Source of the DNA: Planctomycetota bacterium
Lineage (GTDB): Bacteria; Planctomycetota; SZUA-567; H5-PLA8
NCBI GenBank assembly: GCA_038227875.1
Contig: JBBRPR010000028.1
Span: 32,001-96,000, forward strand
Direction of reading: 5' to 3'
DNA length: 64,000 nucleotides
Part shown: in pieces, positions 1-9,190 of the stretch
Layout: each line of letters opens with the position of its first letter
Position numbering within the stretch: the first letter of the stretch is position 1
Position numbers and translations under genes: made by a program
Notes under the pieces: model-generated
Seen by the model: only the letters and a program-made list of their open reading frames with translations
What the model was told of the DNA's origin: nothing
The model's database searches: none

Positions 1-765
1 CGGCCGTACGCATTTTACTTCCCGAGACCACCGTGGGTCGCGGAACTCAAAGACTTCGTCGTCGATCAGAACAAGCCTGATCCGATGATTCAATGCGGAC
101 TGTACGGCTGGCCCGCGCCGGCGTATCCGTCGTGGAACTGGTTCGGCAACGGCGTTCCGGAAGGCGAGTTCCCTGCGCTGGCGCACTACACCGCCGAGAT
201 GTCGGACGCGCATATCGCGTGCAATTTTCAGAAATGGAATACACGGGCGCTGATTGTGGATGGCGTTGCGAACGCGATTGTTTTCACGGGTGTTATGTTG
301 CTGTGGTTTGCCACTCGGAAGCTCGTTGGGGGATTAAAATCGGTGACGTTTTGGCGGCGCTGGCTGCGCTTTGAGCTCTCGACTTGGATTGTCGCGGTGC
401 TGACGGCGTCGGCGCTGTTGGGGCTGAATCTACGGTCCGCACAAAATAAGCGGCCGCCGGAATGGCTTGAAATATATTGCGCTGTTCATCCGAACGAGAT
501 CTATGGTTGGCCCTGGCTGGCCTATCCCACCTATAGCACGGTTACCAAGTCATGGTCGGAAAGAATGAAAGAAGATATATTCTTCCAAAATCGATGGAAC
601 GGATATGGAGATGCCCATCTATTTTGGAATTTAGGCGCGTTGATTCAGGACATCCTGTTCAATCTATTGATTCTAGCGATCGTTGTAACCCTATGGCGAA
701 CTGGTCTTACGATAATCAAAAAATTCTCGATCCCACGGAATACGGCCGCCCGCTCATACATCTAA
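1..765 (+). CDS. Membrane protein with two tandem YGWP-containing modules, 5' truncated by the window
   Basis: Frame 1 is open from base 1 (RPYAFYFPRPPW...) into the 85..765 ORF. The pattern RPPxW...YGWP.xAYP...WN.xALIxD plus a hydrophobic helix occurs twice. Confidence 0.7.
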   Translation, partial: RPYAFYFPRPPWVAELKDFVVDQNKPDPMIQCGLYGWPAPAYPSWNWFGNGVPEGEFPALAHYTAEMSDAHIACNFQKWNTRALIVDGVANAIVFTGVMLLWFATRKLVGGLKSVTFWRRWLRFELSTWIVAVLTASALLGLNLRSAQNKRPPEWLEIYCAVHPNEIYGWPWLAYPTYSTVTKSWSERMKEDIFFQNRWNGYGDAHLFWNLGALIQDILFNLLILAIVVTLWRTGLTIIKKFSIPRNTAARSYI

Positions 766-772
766 TAAGTGT

Positions 773-852
773 CCGCTTCGGCCTGCGGATCCCAGATGCA
801 GGGAACCCCTCCCCCGGCATAGGGATTCACAGACCGAAGCGGCGTTTTTATT
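773..852 (+). terminator. Long hairpin followed by a T-tract between convergent genes
   Basis: CCGCTTCGGCCTGCGGATCCC (773-793) pairs with GGGATTCACAGACCGAAGCGG (822-842), then CGTTTTTATT. Confidence 0.6.
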
Positions 853-930
853 GAGCCACTTCGAATCGTAGCGGTAGACCTTTGGGCACAAAGGCCTGTC
901 CCAATCCATGCAATTCAAAACCAAGCATTT

Positions 931-1812
931 TTAGCGTGACGGCCGGCAGTCCAGCGCGGGCATGTCCGTGTCGCTGGAGTACGGGAAGTGCGGGACGCGG
1001 TCCCAGCCGACGGCCAGATCCGGCGAGGGGTGGTTGACGCCGCAGTGCTTCAAAATGTAATTCACCATCGAATTGCTGTTCTGTGCGGGTTTGTAGGCCG
1101 GGCCACCGAGGCCCACATTGCGCTCGCCATGTCCGCCCGTGCCGGGGTCGCCGGGATGTGCATACTTGGCGGCGTACTGGCGCAGTTCGGCTTCGACTTG
1201 GCGGTAATCGCAGTTCACAATTTCGTCGATGGCCATGTCGATGGGCTTGCCGTGCGAATCGACATCGCGGGGCTGGCGGCCGGGTACGATGTAGATGCCG
1301 TAGGCGTCGTACGCGGTCCCAGGGAATTCGCCGTAGCCGACGCGGAAGTTGGCGGCATTCTCATCGAAGTGCGTCGAGCGCAGTTCGCCGCGCCACCATT
1401 GGCCCTGATCGTCGCGCCATTCAAACATGCAGTGCACGGCGACTTCGTGTTCGCGGAACCAGCGCCGCCAATTGGTGAACGGCGGAAACGGGAACGGCGG
1501 CACGATCCAGCGGTAGCGCTTGGCGATGTCGGTTTTCAGCCCCAGCAGATGAACTTCCGGACCGCCAGAATCCTTCGCGGCTTCCTTGGCGGGAGCAGGC
1601 TTTTCCTCGGCAGTCTTTTGATCAGCAGGAGCCGCGGCCGGAGCTTGTGCGACGAGGACGTCCGGCTTTTTATCGTCAGGCACAGTCGTCGGTTTGGCGT
1701 CGCCAACGACCGGCGCGCTGTCCGCGGCGCTCAATATGTTCGAATGAAAACTCAGCATCAACGCGATGCCAAGGATGAGAAAGCGAACCCAGAATCGCGA
1801 CATCATCACCAC
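931..1812 (-). CDS. Secreted protein, DUF3750-like (possible permuted papain-like fold)
   Basis: Signal peptide, Pro/Ala linker, and AVH, YKPAQNSNSMV and PDLAVGWD motifs resembling DUF3750. Confidence 0.6.
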   Translation of the reverse strand: MVMMSRFWVRFLILGIALMLSFHSNILSAADSAPVVGDAKPTTVPDDKKPDVLVAQAPAAAPADQKTAEEKPAPAKEAAKDSGGPEVHLLGLKTDIAKRYRWIVPPFPFPPFTNWRRWFREHEVAVHCMFEWRDDQGQWWRGELRSTHFDENAANFRVGYGEFPGTAYDAYGIYIVPGRQPRDVDSHGKPIDMAIDEIVNCDYRQVEAELRQYAAKYAHPGDPGTGGHGERNVGLGGPAYKPAQNSNSMVNYILKHCGVNHPSPDLAVGWDRVPHFPYSSDTDMPALDCRPSR

Positions 1813-1989
1813 TCAAGGAGAAAAGTCAGTAGGCATCGGTGAAGGGCCTCGCGGGCCCTTTTACTCTGCACTCCGGTCTTAAACGGATGGTGCGTTAATA
1901 CGCCATTTCTGATGGAATGGAATTGAAAAACCACACGCGTGCAGAGTTGAATCCGTGCGCGGAAAAAAATGGAGATGCTTGCAACGAAA

Positions 1990-2025
1990 CGGCTTGCACG
2001 ATTGCGAAACACAACGTGCAAGCCG
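1990..2025. terminator. Hairpin just downstream of the pil ATPase operon, putative terminator
   Basis: CGGCTTGCACG ... CGTGCAAGCCG forms a perfect 11-bp stem, 22 nt after the pilB stop. Confidence 0.5.
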
Positions 2026-2047
2026 CGAGGTGCTTTTTTCTCAAAAT

Positions 2048-3799
2048 TTACTCGAACGCGAGAGTTTCGCGCACGACTTCGTCGATCGTGGTCAATCCGT
2101 CGAAGATTTTCAGGATGCCGGCTTCGCGCAAGGAGCGCATGCCCGCGGCCTGCGCTTCGGCGCGGATGACTTCCGTCGACTTCGACCCCAGGATCAGGTC
2201 GCGCATCTTGGAATCGGCTTTCATGATTTCATAGATGGCGTTGCGGCCGCGGTAGCCGGTCTTGTTGCAGTGGTCGCAGCGGCGTCCGAAGAAGAACTGC
2301 TTGCCTTCCACGTCGTCGGGACGCAGGCCGATTTCCATCAGTGCTTCTTCGGTTGGATGATAGGCGTCCTTGCACTTCACGCAGATGGTGCGCACCAGGC
2401 GCTGCGCAACCACGGCGTAGAGCGTGGCGGAGAGCAGGAACGGTTCGATGCCCATATCGAGCAGACGCGTGATCGTCGACGGCGCGTCGTTGGTGTGCAG
2501 CGTGCTGAACACCAAATGTCCGGTCAGCGAGGCTTCGATGGCGATCGAGGCGGTTTCCAAATCGCGGATTTCGCCGACAAGGATCTTGTCGGGATCTTGA
2601 CGCAGGATGGAGCGCAGACAGTTCGCGAACGTCACGTCCAGTTCCGGTTTGATCTGGCACTGGACGATGCCGTCGAGGTCGTATTCGACGGGGTCTTCGG
2701 TGGTGATGATCTTCACGTCGGCGGTGTTGGCGGCATTGAGCGCCGAATACAGCGTCGTGGTTTTTCCGGAACCCGTCGGGCCGGTGACCAGGCAGATGCC
2801 GTTGGGCTGATTGATCGCGCTATGGAAGAACGCCAGTTCTTCGTCGCGCATACCGAGGCGTTCGATGTCCAGCGAGACGACGCTTCTGTCGAGCACGCGC
2901 ATCACGATCGATTCGCCGAAGTAGGTCGGCAGCGTCGAGACGCGCAAGTCGATGGGGTTGCCGCCGACATTGAGCTCGATGCGATTGTCCTGCGGGATGC
3001 GGCGCTCGGCGATGTCCATGTTCGCCATAACCTTGATGCGGGAGCAGAGCGCCAGGGCCAGTCCGCGCGGCGGCGGCGGGATTTCCAGCAGCGTGCCGTC
3101 GATGCGGTAGCGGATTTTGAATTCCGTCTCAAACGGTTCGAAATGGATGTCGGAGGCCTGATCGCGGATGGCGGTGAGCAGCACCAGATTGAGGAACTTG
3201 ACGACCGGCGCGGCATTGACCATTTGTTCGATGTTGCGCTGGTCGACGGCGCCTTCCTGGCTGAACTCGGCCAGCTCGTCGCCGGACATGGTTTCGAGCA
3301 GTTCGCGGATCGATTCCTTCTGGCTGCCGTAGTGGCGTTCGATCGCTTCGTTAAGCTGCGCTTCGGTGGCGATGGCGCCGCCGATTTCAACGTTGAGCAT
3401 GAAGCGCAGGTCGTCGAGCGCATTGATGTTCTGCGGATCGGCCATGGCCACGATCAGCAGGTTGTTCTCGAAGCTGATGGGGATGATGCGGTAGACCTGC
3501 GCCATCGAGACGGAAACCATCTTCAGAACTTCTGGCGGAATCTCGATCTGATTGAGATCCACCATCTGCATGTTGTTCTGGATGGCCAGGGCCTGGAGCA
3601 GGTCTTCGGCGGTGATGGCTCCGCCTTCGATGAAGATCTGGCCGAGGGCGCCGCCCTTTTCGGCCTGGATGGTAAGACCTTGTTCGAGCCCAGCCTCGTC
3701 GATGAGTCCCATCTGAATGAGAATCTGGCCAATCGGCTGCCGTTCGGTCTGATCGGGTTCCATCAGGGTTGCTGACCTCGCCTTGTTGTCCTGTGCCAC
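2048..3799 (-). CDS. pilB: Type IV pilus/T2SS assembly ATPase PilB/GspE, copy 2
   Basis: MshEN-like N-terminus, ASDIHFEP, Walker A GPTGSGKTT, EDPVE, LRQDPDKILVGEIRD, TGHLVFSTLHTND and CxxC...CxxC. Confidence 0.92.
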   Translation of the reverse strand: MAQDNKARSATLMEPDQTERQPIGQILIQMGLIDEAGLEQGLTIQAEKGGALGQIFIEGGAITAEDLLQALAIQNNMQMVDLNQIEIPPEVLKMVSVSMAQVYRIIPISFENNLLIVAMADPQNINALDDLRFMLNVEIGGAIATEAQLNEAIERHYGSQKESIRELLETMSGDELAEFSQEGAVDQRNIEQMVNAAPVVKFLNLVLLTAIRDQASDIHFEPFETEFKIRYRIDGTLLEIPPPPRGLALALCSRIKVMANMDIAERRIPQDNRIELNVGGNPIDLRVSTLPTYFGESIVMRVLDRSVVSLDIERLGMRDEELAFFHSAINQPNGICLVTGPTGSGKTTTLYSALNAANTADVKIITTEDPVEYDLDGIVQCQIKPELDVTFANCLRSILRQDPDKILVGEIRDLETASIAIEASLTGHLVFSTLHTNDAPSTITRLLDMGIEPFLLSATLYAVVAQRLVRTICVKCKDAYHPTEEALMEIGLRPDDVEGKQFFFGRRCDHCNKTGYRGRNAIYEIMKADSKMRDLILGSKSTEVIRAEAQAAGMRSLREAGILKIFDGLTTIDEVVRETLAFE

Positions 3800-3863
3800 A
3801 CGTCCCCCTTTATCGTACAGCGTTGCGCCGGCGGTTTACCGGTGCGGGGTTTTTCACTGGTAC

Positions 3864-3923
3864 CGCGGGCGTCCCGCCCGCGTGTCGCTTTATTTTTCCT
3901 GACGTGCGGGCTGAACGCCCGCG
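3864..3923. repeat. Inverted pair of REP-like palindromes between pilT and pilB
   Basis: CGCGGGCGTCCCGCCCGCG (3864-3882) and the degenerate inverted copy TGCGGGCTGAACGCCCGCG (3905-3923). The core matches the REPs at 33114, 59829 and 61317. Confidence 0.6.
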
Positions 3924-3926
3924 AAA

Positions 3927-5168
3927 CTACGGTTTCTTCTTGCGCATTTCCTCGGTGTACGTGCGGACCTTGGTTTCCAGCGCTTCGGGGTCCTGGCTGC
4001 GGCGCATCATTTCGTTGTAGGTCACCTTTTGCGACGTCCAGAGATTGAAGAGGAAGTCGTCGAGCAGGATCATGCCTTCCTTGCCGGACGTCTGGATGTG
4101 CGAGTTGATCTTGTACGTTTCGCCCTTGCGCATCAGCGCGCGGATGGCGTCGCTGGCGAACATCAGTTCGAACGCCGCGATTCGGCCGGTGTTGTCGGAG
4201 GTCGGCACCAGCGTCTGCGAGATCACGGCCACCAGCGTCGCGGCCAGCTGCGTGCGGACCTGCGCCTGCTGATTGGTCGGGAAGACGTCGACGATACGAT
4301 TGATCGTTTCGGCCGCGCCGGTGGTGTGCAGCGTGGCCATGACCAAATGCCCGGTTTCAGCGGCGGTGATGGCCGTTTCGATGGTCTCGAGATCGCGCAT
4401 TTCGCCGACGAGGATCACGTCCGGGTCCTGGCGCAGCGCGCGGCGCAGGGCTTCGGCGAAGGTGTTGACGTCGACGCTTAGTTCGCGCTGGGTCACCACG
4501 CACTTTTTATGCTTGTGATAGTATTCGATCGGGTCTTCGATCGTGATGATGTGGTCGGCGCGCTCGGTGTTGATGAAGTCGATCATCGTCGCCAGCGTCG
4601 TCGTTTTTCCGGAACCCGTTGGGCCGGTGACCAGCACCAGGCCGCGCGGACGATGGCAGACGTCCTTGATCACCGGCGGCAGGCCGATTTCTTCAAACGT
4701 CTTGAGCTTGTTGGGAATCTGGCGCAGAACGAGACCGACGCAACCCTTCTGCTTGAAGACCGAGACGCGGAAGCGGGCCGCTTCACCGAACGCAAAGCCG
4801 AAGTCCGCGCCGCCGCGCTCGCCCATTTCCTGCTGATGGCGTTCGGAGGTGATCGACTTCATCAGTGCCATGGTGTCGTCAGGCGTCAGCGGAGTTTTGC
4901 CGAGGTCGCGCAGTTCGCCGCGTACGCGGGCGACCGGCGGTCGGCCCACGGCCAGATGCAAGTCGGAGGCATCGTACTTGATCACTGCTTCGAGCAGGCG
5001 CGCGATGTCGAGCTTGACCGGGGCGCTCATCCCGGTTGCCGCACCCGGCGTGGCCGCTGCTGCCGGGGGAACGGCCACCGGACGCGAAGCCGCGCCCATG
5101 CCCATGGCTGTACCTGGAGGCCGGATTGGAGCCGGACCGGACGGAGTTGCACCGGGAACGTTACTCAT
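3927..5168 (-). CDS. pilT: Type IV pilus retraction ATPase PilT
   Basis: ASDLHL, RFRVSVFKQ, GPTGSGKTTT, EDPIEY, LRQDPDVILVGEMRD, AETGHLV and an AIRALMRK variant of AIRNLIRE. Confidence 0.95.
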   Translation of the reverse strand: MSNVPGATPSGPAPIRPPGTAMGMGAASRPVAVPPAAAATPGAATGMSAPVKLDIARLLEAVIKYDASDLHLAVGRPPVARVRGELRDLGKTPLTPDDTMALMKSITSERHQQEMGERGGADFGFAFGEAARFRVSVFKQKGCVGLVLRQIPNKLKTFEEIGLPPVIKDVCHRPRGLVLVTGPTGSGKTTTLATMIDFINTERADHIITIEDPIEYYHKHKKCVVTQRELSVDVNTFAEALRRALRQDPDVILVGEMRDLETIETAITAAETGHLVMATLHTTGAAETINRIVDVFPTNQQAQVRTQLAATLVAVISQTLVPTSDNTGRIAAFELMFASDAIRALMRKGETYKINSHIQTSGKEGMILLDDFLFNLWTSQKVTYNEMMRRSQDPEALETKVRTYTEEMRKKKP

Positions 5169-5247
5169 TTAATCGCATCGCCTCCATTGCCTTCTGCCTA
5201 CTACCCTTTGCACGCGCTGAAACCTCAATCCGTACCAGAGCACCGCG

Positions 5248-6951
5248 TCAGTTGTAAATCTTCGCTTCTGCCAGCACCTCTTCGAGGGTCGTCCAACCGT
5301 CGAGGACCTTGCGCAGGCCGTCGTCGAGGAGGGTGTTCATGCCGTCGCGGCGGGCCTGATCACGCAGCGCGTCGGTAGTGGCTTTGCGGAAGGCCATTTC
5401 GCGCAGGCGGTTGTTCATCAGCATGATTTCATAAATGCCCTTGCGGCCGCGGAATCCGGTGCCGCGGCAGGTATTGCAACCGGCGCCCTTGTAGAGCTGG
5501 CGGCCTTCGAACTGTTCTTCGCGCAAGCCGACGGACTTCAGGCGGCTGACTTCCACTTCATCGGGAACCTTGCAGTCCGGACAGATCATGCGCACGAGTC
5601 GCTGCGCCTGCACGGCCTGGATCGAGCTGGCCACGAGGAACGGCGCGATTTTCATGTCGATCAATCGCGTGATCGCGGCGGGCGCATCGTTGGTGTGAAG
5701 CGTGGCGAAGACCAAATGTCCCGTCAGCGCGGCTTCGATGGCGATGTGCGCGGTTTCTTCGTCGCGGATTTCGCCGATCAGGATGACGTTGGGCGCCTGT
5801 CGCAGCATGGCGCGAAGTGCTTTTTGGAAGGTCATGCCGGCGGAGACATTCACCTGGCACTGGTTGATGCCGGAGAGCGTGTATTCAACCGGATTCTCGA
5901 CGGTGATGATCTTGCGGTCGGGCTTGTTCAATTCAGAGAGCGCCGAATACAGCGTGGTGGTCTTGCCGGAACCCGTCGGGCCGGTGATCAGCAGAATACC
6001 GTTGGGCTTTTTGCACAGGCCGCGGAATGTCTTCTGGTCGTCGACGTGGAAACCGAGCTGGTCGATGCCGAAGCTGATCGAGGCCTTGTCGAGGATACGC
6101 ATCACGACCGATTCGCCGTGGTACGCCGGCAGAGTCGAGACGCGCAAGTCCAGGTTGCGGCCGAGGACCTTGAGCGGAATCTTGCCGTCCTGCGGGCGGC
6201 GCTTTTCGGCCATGTCCATCATCGCCATGATCTTGATGCGCGCGATGATCGAGCCCTGCAGACGCTTGGGCGGCGCGTCCATTTCATAGCAATTGCCGTC
6301 GATGCGGTAACGCACGCGCAGGCGGTCGAGCATCGGTTCGATGTGAATGTCGCTGGCCCGGCTCTTCACTGCTTCAGTGATCAGCAGCGTCACCAGGCGG
6401 ATCACGGGCGCGTCGTCGTCGTCCACGAGCTGTTCGGCCGAATCGCGGATACCTTCCGTATCGACGACATTGATGTCGCTCTGGCTCAAGTTCATGATCT
6501 GGCTGCGCAGCTCGTCGCCCTTGCTGTAATAGCGTTCGATGGCCGCGTCGATCGATTCGCGCGTGGCGAGCACGGGGTCGACCTGGCTGTTGATCACGAA
6601 GCGGATGTTGTCGAGCGACTGCAGGTCGAGCGGATCGGAGATGGCGACCGCCAGCACGCCGTCCATCAGGCCAATGGGCATGATGTGATTTTCACGGCAC
6701 TGCTCTTCGGGAACCATGTTGATGACTTCTTTGGCGATCTCGAGGCCTTCGATATCGACCATTTCCATCTGGAACTGTTCGGCCAGCGCGCCGGTGATGT
6801 CGTTGGCAGTGCAGAGCCCTTCGGCGATGAAAATCTCGCCGATCTTGGCCTTCTCGCCGTTCATCTGTTTTTCAAGTGCGGCTTCGATGCTCTCCTGCGT
6901 CACGCAACCCATATCCATCAGGATTTCGCCGATGAAACGACGCTCGGACAT
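5248..6951 (-). CDS. pilB: Type IV pilus/T2SS assembly ATPase PilB/GspE, copy 1
   Basis: MshEN-like N-terminus, ASDIHIEP, GPTGSGKTT, IGEIRD, TGHLVFATLHTND and tetracysteine motif. Confidence 0.92.
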   Translation of the reverse strand: MSERRFIGEILMDMGCVTQESIEAALEKQMNGEKAKIGEIFIAEGLCTANDITGALAEQFQMEMVDIEGLEIAKEVINMVPEEQCRENHIMPIGLMDGVLAVAISDPLDLQSLDNIRFVINSQVDPVLATRESIDAAIERYYSKGDELRSQIMNLSQSDINVVDTEGIRDSAEQLVDDDDAPVIRLVTLLITEAVKSRASDIHIEPMLDRLRVRYRIDGNCYEMDAPPKRLQGSIIARIKIMAMMDMAEKRRPQDGKIPLKVLGRNLDLRVSTLPAYHGESVVMRILDKASISFGIDQLGFHVDDQKTFRGLCKKPNGILLITGPTGSGKTTTLYSALSELNKPDRKIITVENPVEYTLSGINQCQVNVSAGMTFQKALRAMLRQAPNVILIGEIRDEETAHIAIEAALTGHLVFATLHTNDAPAAITRLIDMKIAPFLVASSIQAVQAQRLVRMICPDCKVPDEVEVSRLKSVGLREEQFEGRQLYKGAGCNTCRGTGFRGRKGIYEIMLMNNRLREMAFRKATTDALRDQARRDGMNTLLDDGLRKVLDGWTTLEEVLAEAKIYN

Positions 6952-7284
6952 TGGAACCCCCGTTCACATGCAGATGATTGGCAGCCGTCGAAAACTTTCT
7001 GTTGCGCAATGCGGCGCACGCCAGCTCGTGAAGCCGGGTGACGCCTTAACTTTCGACCCCCACCTTTGGTCGTACGTCGAAAGGACAAGTGTACTTGCAT
7101 CCAACATTTCCGGCAAGACTTCAAACCCCATCGGAGACGTTGGAAATCAAAATTCTTTCACTCCTTACAAAGACTGCGAAACTTGCCGTCCTAACGCAGT
7201 CCTAAACAGCGGGGAGGTCGAAACACGTCATGTGGTTTCAACCGTTCAGCTCGCCCGCAGGACACGAGCGAAAATTGCCGCACG

Positions 7285-8964
7285 CTAACGTTCGGGCGGT
7301 TTGACCAGTTCGTATTCCGAGAGATGCTGATCGTACTGCGCGCGCTCGTCATCCGACAGATCGGGCGGGATTAGCGCGATCGCCTGCTTTTCCAAAGCCA
7401 GGGCCTTGTTGACATCATTGTTATGGAACCACGCCAGCGCCAGCGTGTCGAGGATCGCGTAATTTTTCGGATCCAACTCTGCCGCGCGCTGAGCCATGGG
7501 CAGTGCGGCCTTGGGATCACGCAGCGATTCGTCATCGCTCATCAGGAATTCCCACGCCGAATCGTTCAGGGCCAGAGCGCTCTTGGGGTTGGTCTTGATC
7601 CACTCCTTGCAGAGTTCCATTTTACCCTTGGGATCCCTGCGTGCGCCGTAGATCAGAATAAGATTTTTGTAGGCTTCTTCCGATTCATTGACCGTATCCA
7701 TTTGGATTGCTTTACGCAGATCGGCTTCGCCCTCGGACAGTTGTCCTTTCAGCGTGCGATAATATCCGCGCTGGAAAAATTCATGAGCCAGCTTCGGCTC
7801 GCGCTTCTCCAGCCGCTGTCCCTGCACGATCGCCCGACCGCGAAAGGCGGCATCGTTGACCCACCATTTCAGTTTGCGTTTGTAGGCGTCGTCCTGGTCG
7901 CACATCCTCATCATCTTCGCGAAATCGACGTTATAAATAGTGTCGCGTCCCAGCGCATATCCGGCGATGGCGGTCAGCGAGAGCGGGGTCCAGATTTTCG
8001 GGTCGACGTCGGCAGCCCTGGTGGCGTAGAGCAGACAGGCGTCATAATCTTCCACAAGGCGTGCAGCTTCCGCTCGGGCGACCAGAAGCGGCGCATTGAC
8101 GGGTTCCTGCTTGATCAAATCGTCGAGTTCTACAATCGCGTGGGCGTAGTCTCCGGCGTTGACGAGCCCTTGAATCCTGTTGGCGCTGAGAATCAGCGGA
8201 CTGGCCACCGGTGAGTACGATGCGGCAGCGCGTGGCGTCTCCGGCGCTTCCAATGCGGATGATTTGGGTGGCGAATCTGTTGGCTTTTTATCCGGAACAT
8301 TCGCCACTGCTGGCGGCTCCGGCTTTTCCAGTTTCTCGCGCAGCGTCCGCGCACGCGAGGCGACGATGCTGTCGTTCCACTTCGCCAGGTACGCGTCGAT
8401 CAAGGCGATCTTTTTGTTGTTCTCTTCGGCGCAGCACTGCGCCACTTCCTTATCCAACACCTCGAACGCCGCGGTCGCGGCCTTTTCGTCCAGAACGGGT
8501 TTGACCGGGACGACGGGATCGGGCCGGTCGCCCATCACGGGATGCGGGGGCGCCGAAATATGCGTCGGCGCCGGCGTGAGGTTGATGTTGACGAGCACCA
8601 CGCCGGTGATCAGTAGCAGCACGCCGGCGATCGTGGCGATGCGGATTTTGCTCGACCCCGCGCGCGGAGCGTTGCGGGCCCTGCGATGCGGACGCTCGTC
8701 TTCCGCTTCAGCTTCGACGGGCTCCGGCTCGGGCGGAGGCTGGACGGTATTTTTACCCGTGGACTTGCGGCGCAAGCCTTTGCTCGACGGACGCACATTA
8801 TCGGGTTGGACCAGCTTGGCCGCCTGCCGCGTGCGATCGGCCCGGTTTTCCTTCTTGAGGCAGTCTTTGCAGTAAACAAGCGTGGTGGTGCTCAGACCCG
8901 TGACGTTGCCCAGGTCGGCCTTGGTGACGCGCGCGCCGCAGGATTGACAGAACCAGATCTGCAT
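7285..8964 (-). CDS. Zn-ribbon/TM/TPR membrane-anchored protein
   Basis: Likely start MQIWFCQSC at 8964. Two CxxC pairs, a basic linker, one TM helix and C-terminal TPR repeats (ALNDSAW, ILDTLALA). Confidence 0.75.
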   Translation of the reverse strand: MQIWFCQSCGARVTKADLGNVTGLSTTTLVYCKDCLKKENRADRTRQAAKLVQPDNVRPSSKGLRRKSTGKNTVQPPPEPEPVEAEAEDERPHRRARNAPRAGSSKIRIATIAGVLLLITGVVLVNINLTPAPTHISAPPHPVMGDRPDPVVPVKPVLDEKAATAAFEVLDKEVAQCCAEENNKKIALIDAYLAKWNDSIVASRARTLREKLEKPEPPAVANVPDKKPTDSPPKSSALEAPETPRAAASYSPVASPLILSANRIQGLVNAGDYAHAIVELDDLIKQEPVNAPLLVARAEAARLVEDYDACLLYATRAADVDPKIWTPLSLTAIAGYALGRDTIYNVDFAKMMRMCDQDDAYKRKLKWWVNDAAFRGRAIVQGQRLEKREPKLAHEFFQRGYYRTLKGQLSEGEADLRKAIQMDTVNESEEAYKNLILIYGARRDPKGKMELCKEWIKTNPKSALALNDSAWEFLMSDDESLRDPKAALPMAQRAAELDPKNYAILDTLALAWFHNNDVNKALALEKQAIALIPPDLSDDERAQYDQHLSEYELVKPPER

Positions 8965-9074
8965 AGGTCCGGCTTTCGTCCAAGATTCCGTAACAAGTTT
9001 GCGCCGTTTTGTACACGAACACAAGTGCCGAGTGCCATACTGTCACAGCAGCCAGACTCGATATTCCGGCTGGG

Positions 9075-9100
9075 ACCTTAGTGACAGCTGTCGCTAAGGT
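9075..9100. promoter_or_regulatory. 26-bp near-perfect palindrome in a divergent promoter region, putative operator
   Basis: ACCTTAGTGACAGCTGTCGCTAAGGT, with one mismatched pair. Confidence 0.45.
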
Positions 9101-9190
9101 GGCATTGCTTGACAAACTGGCATATGGCGCGAAGGTGGCAGCCCGCTTGACAGTCCTTAGTGAATGTAATCGAGAGGAGACCTCCCGTCA

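Noticed and set aside
9099..9152. TGGCA motifs as sigma54 promoters and TTGACA as sigma70 -35 boxes
   Set aside because: No convincing TTGC -12 element or properly spaced -10 hexamer.
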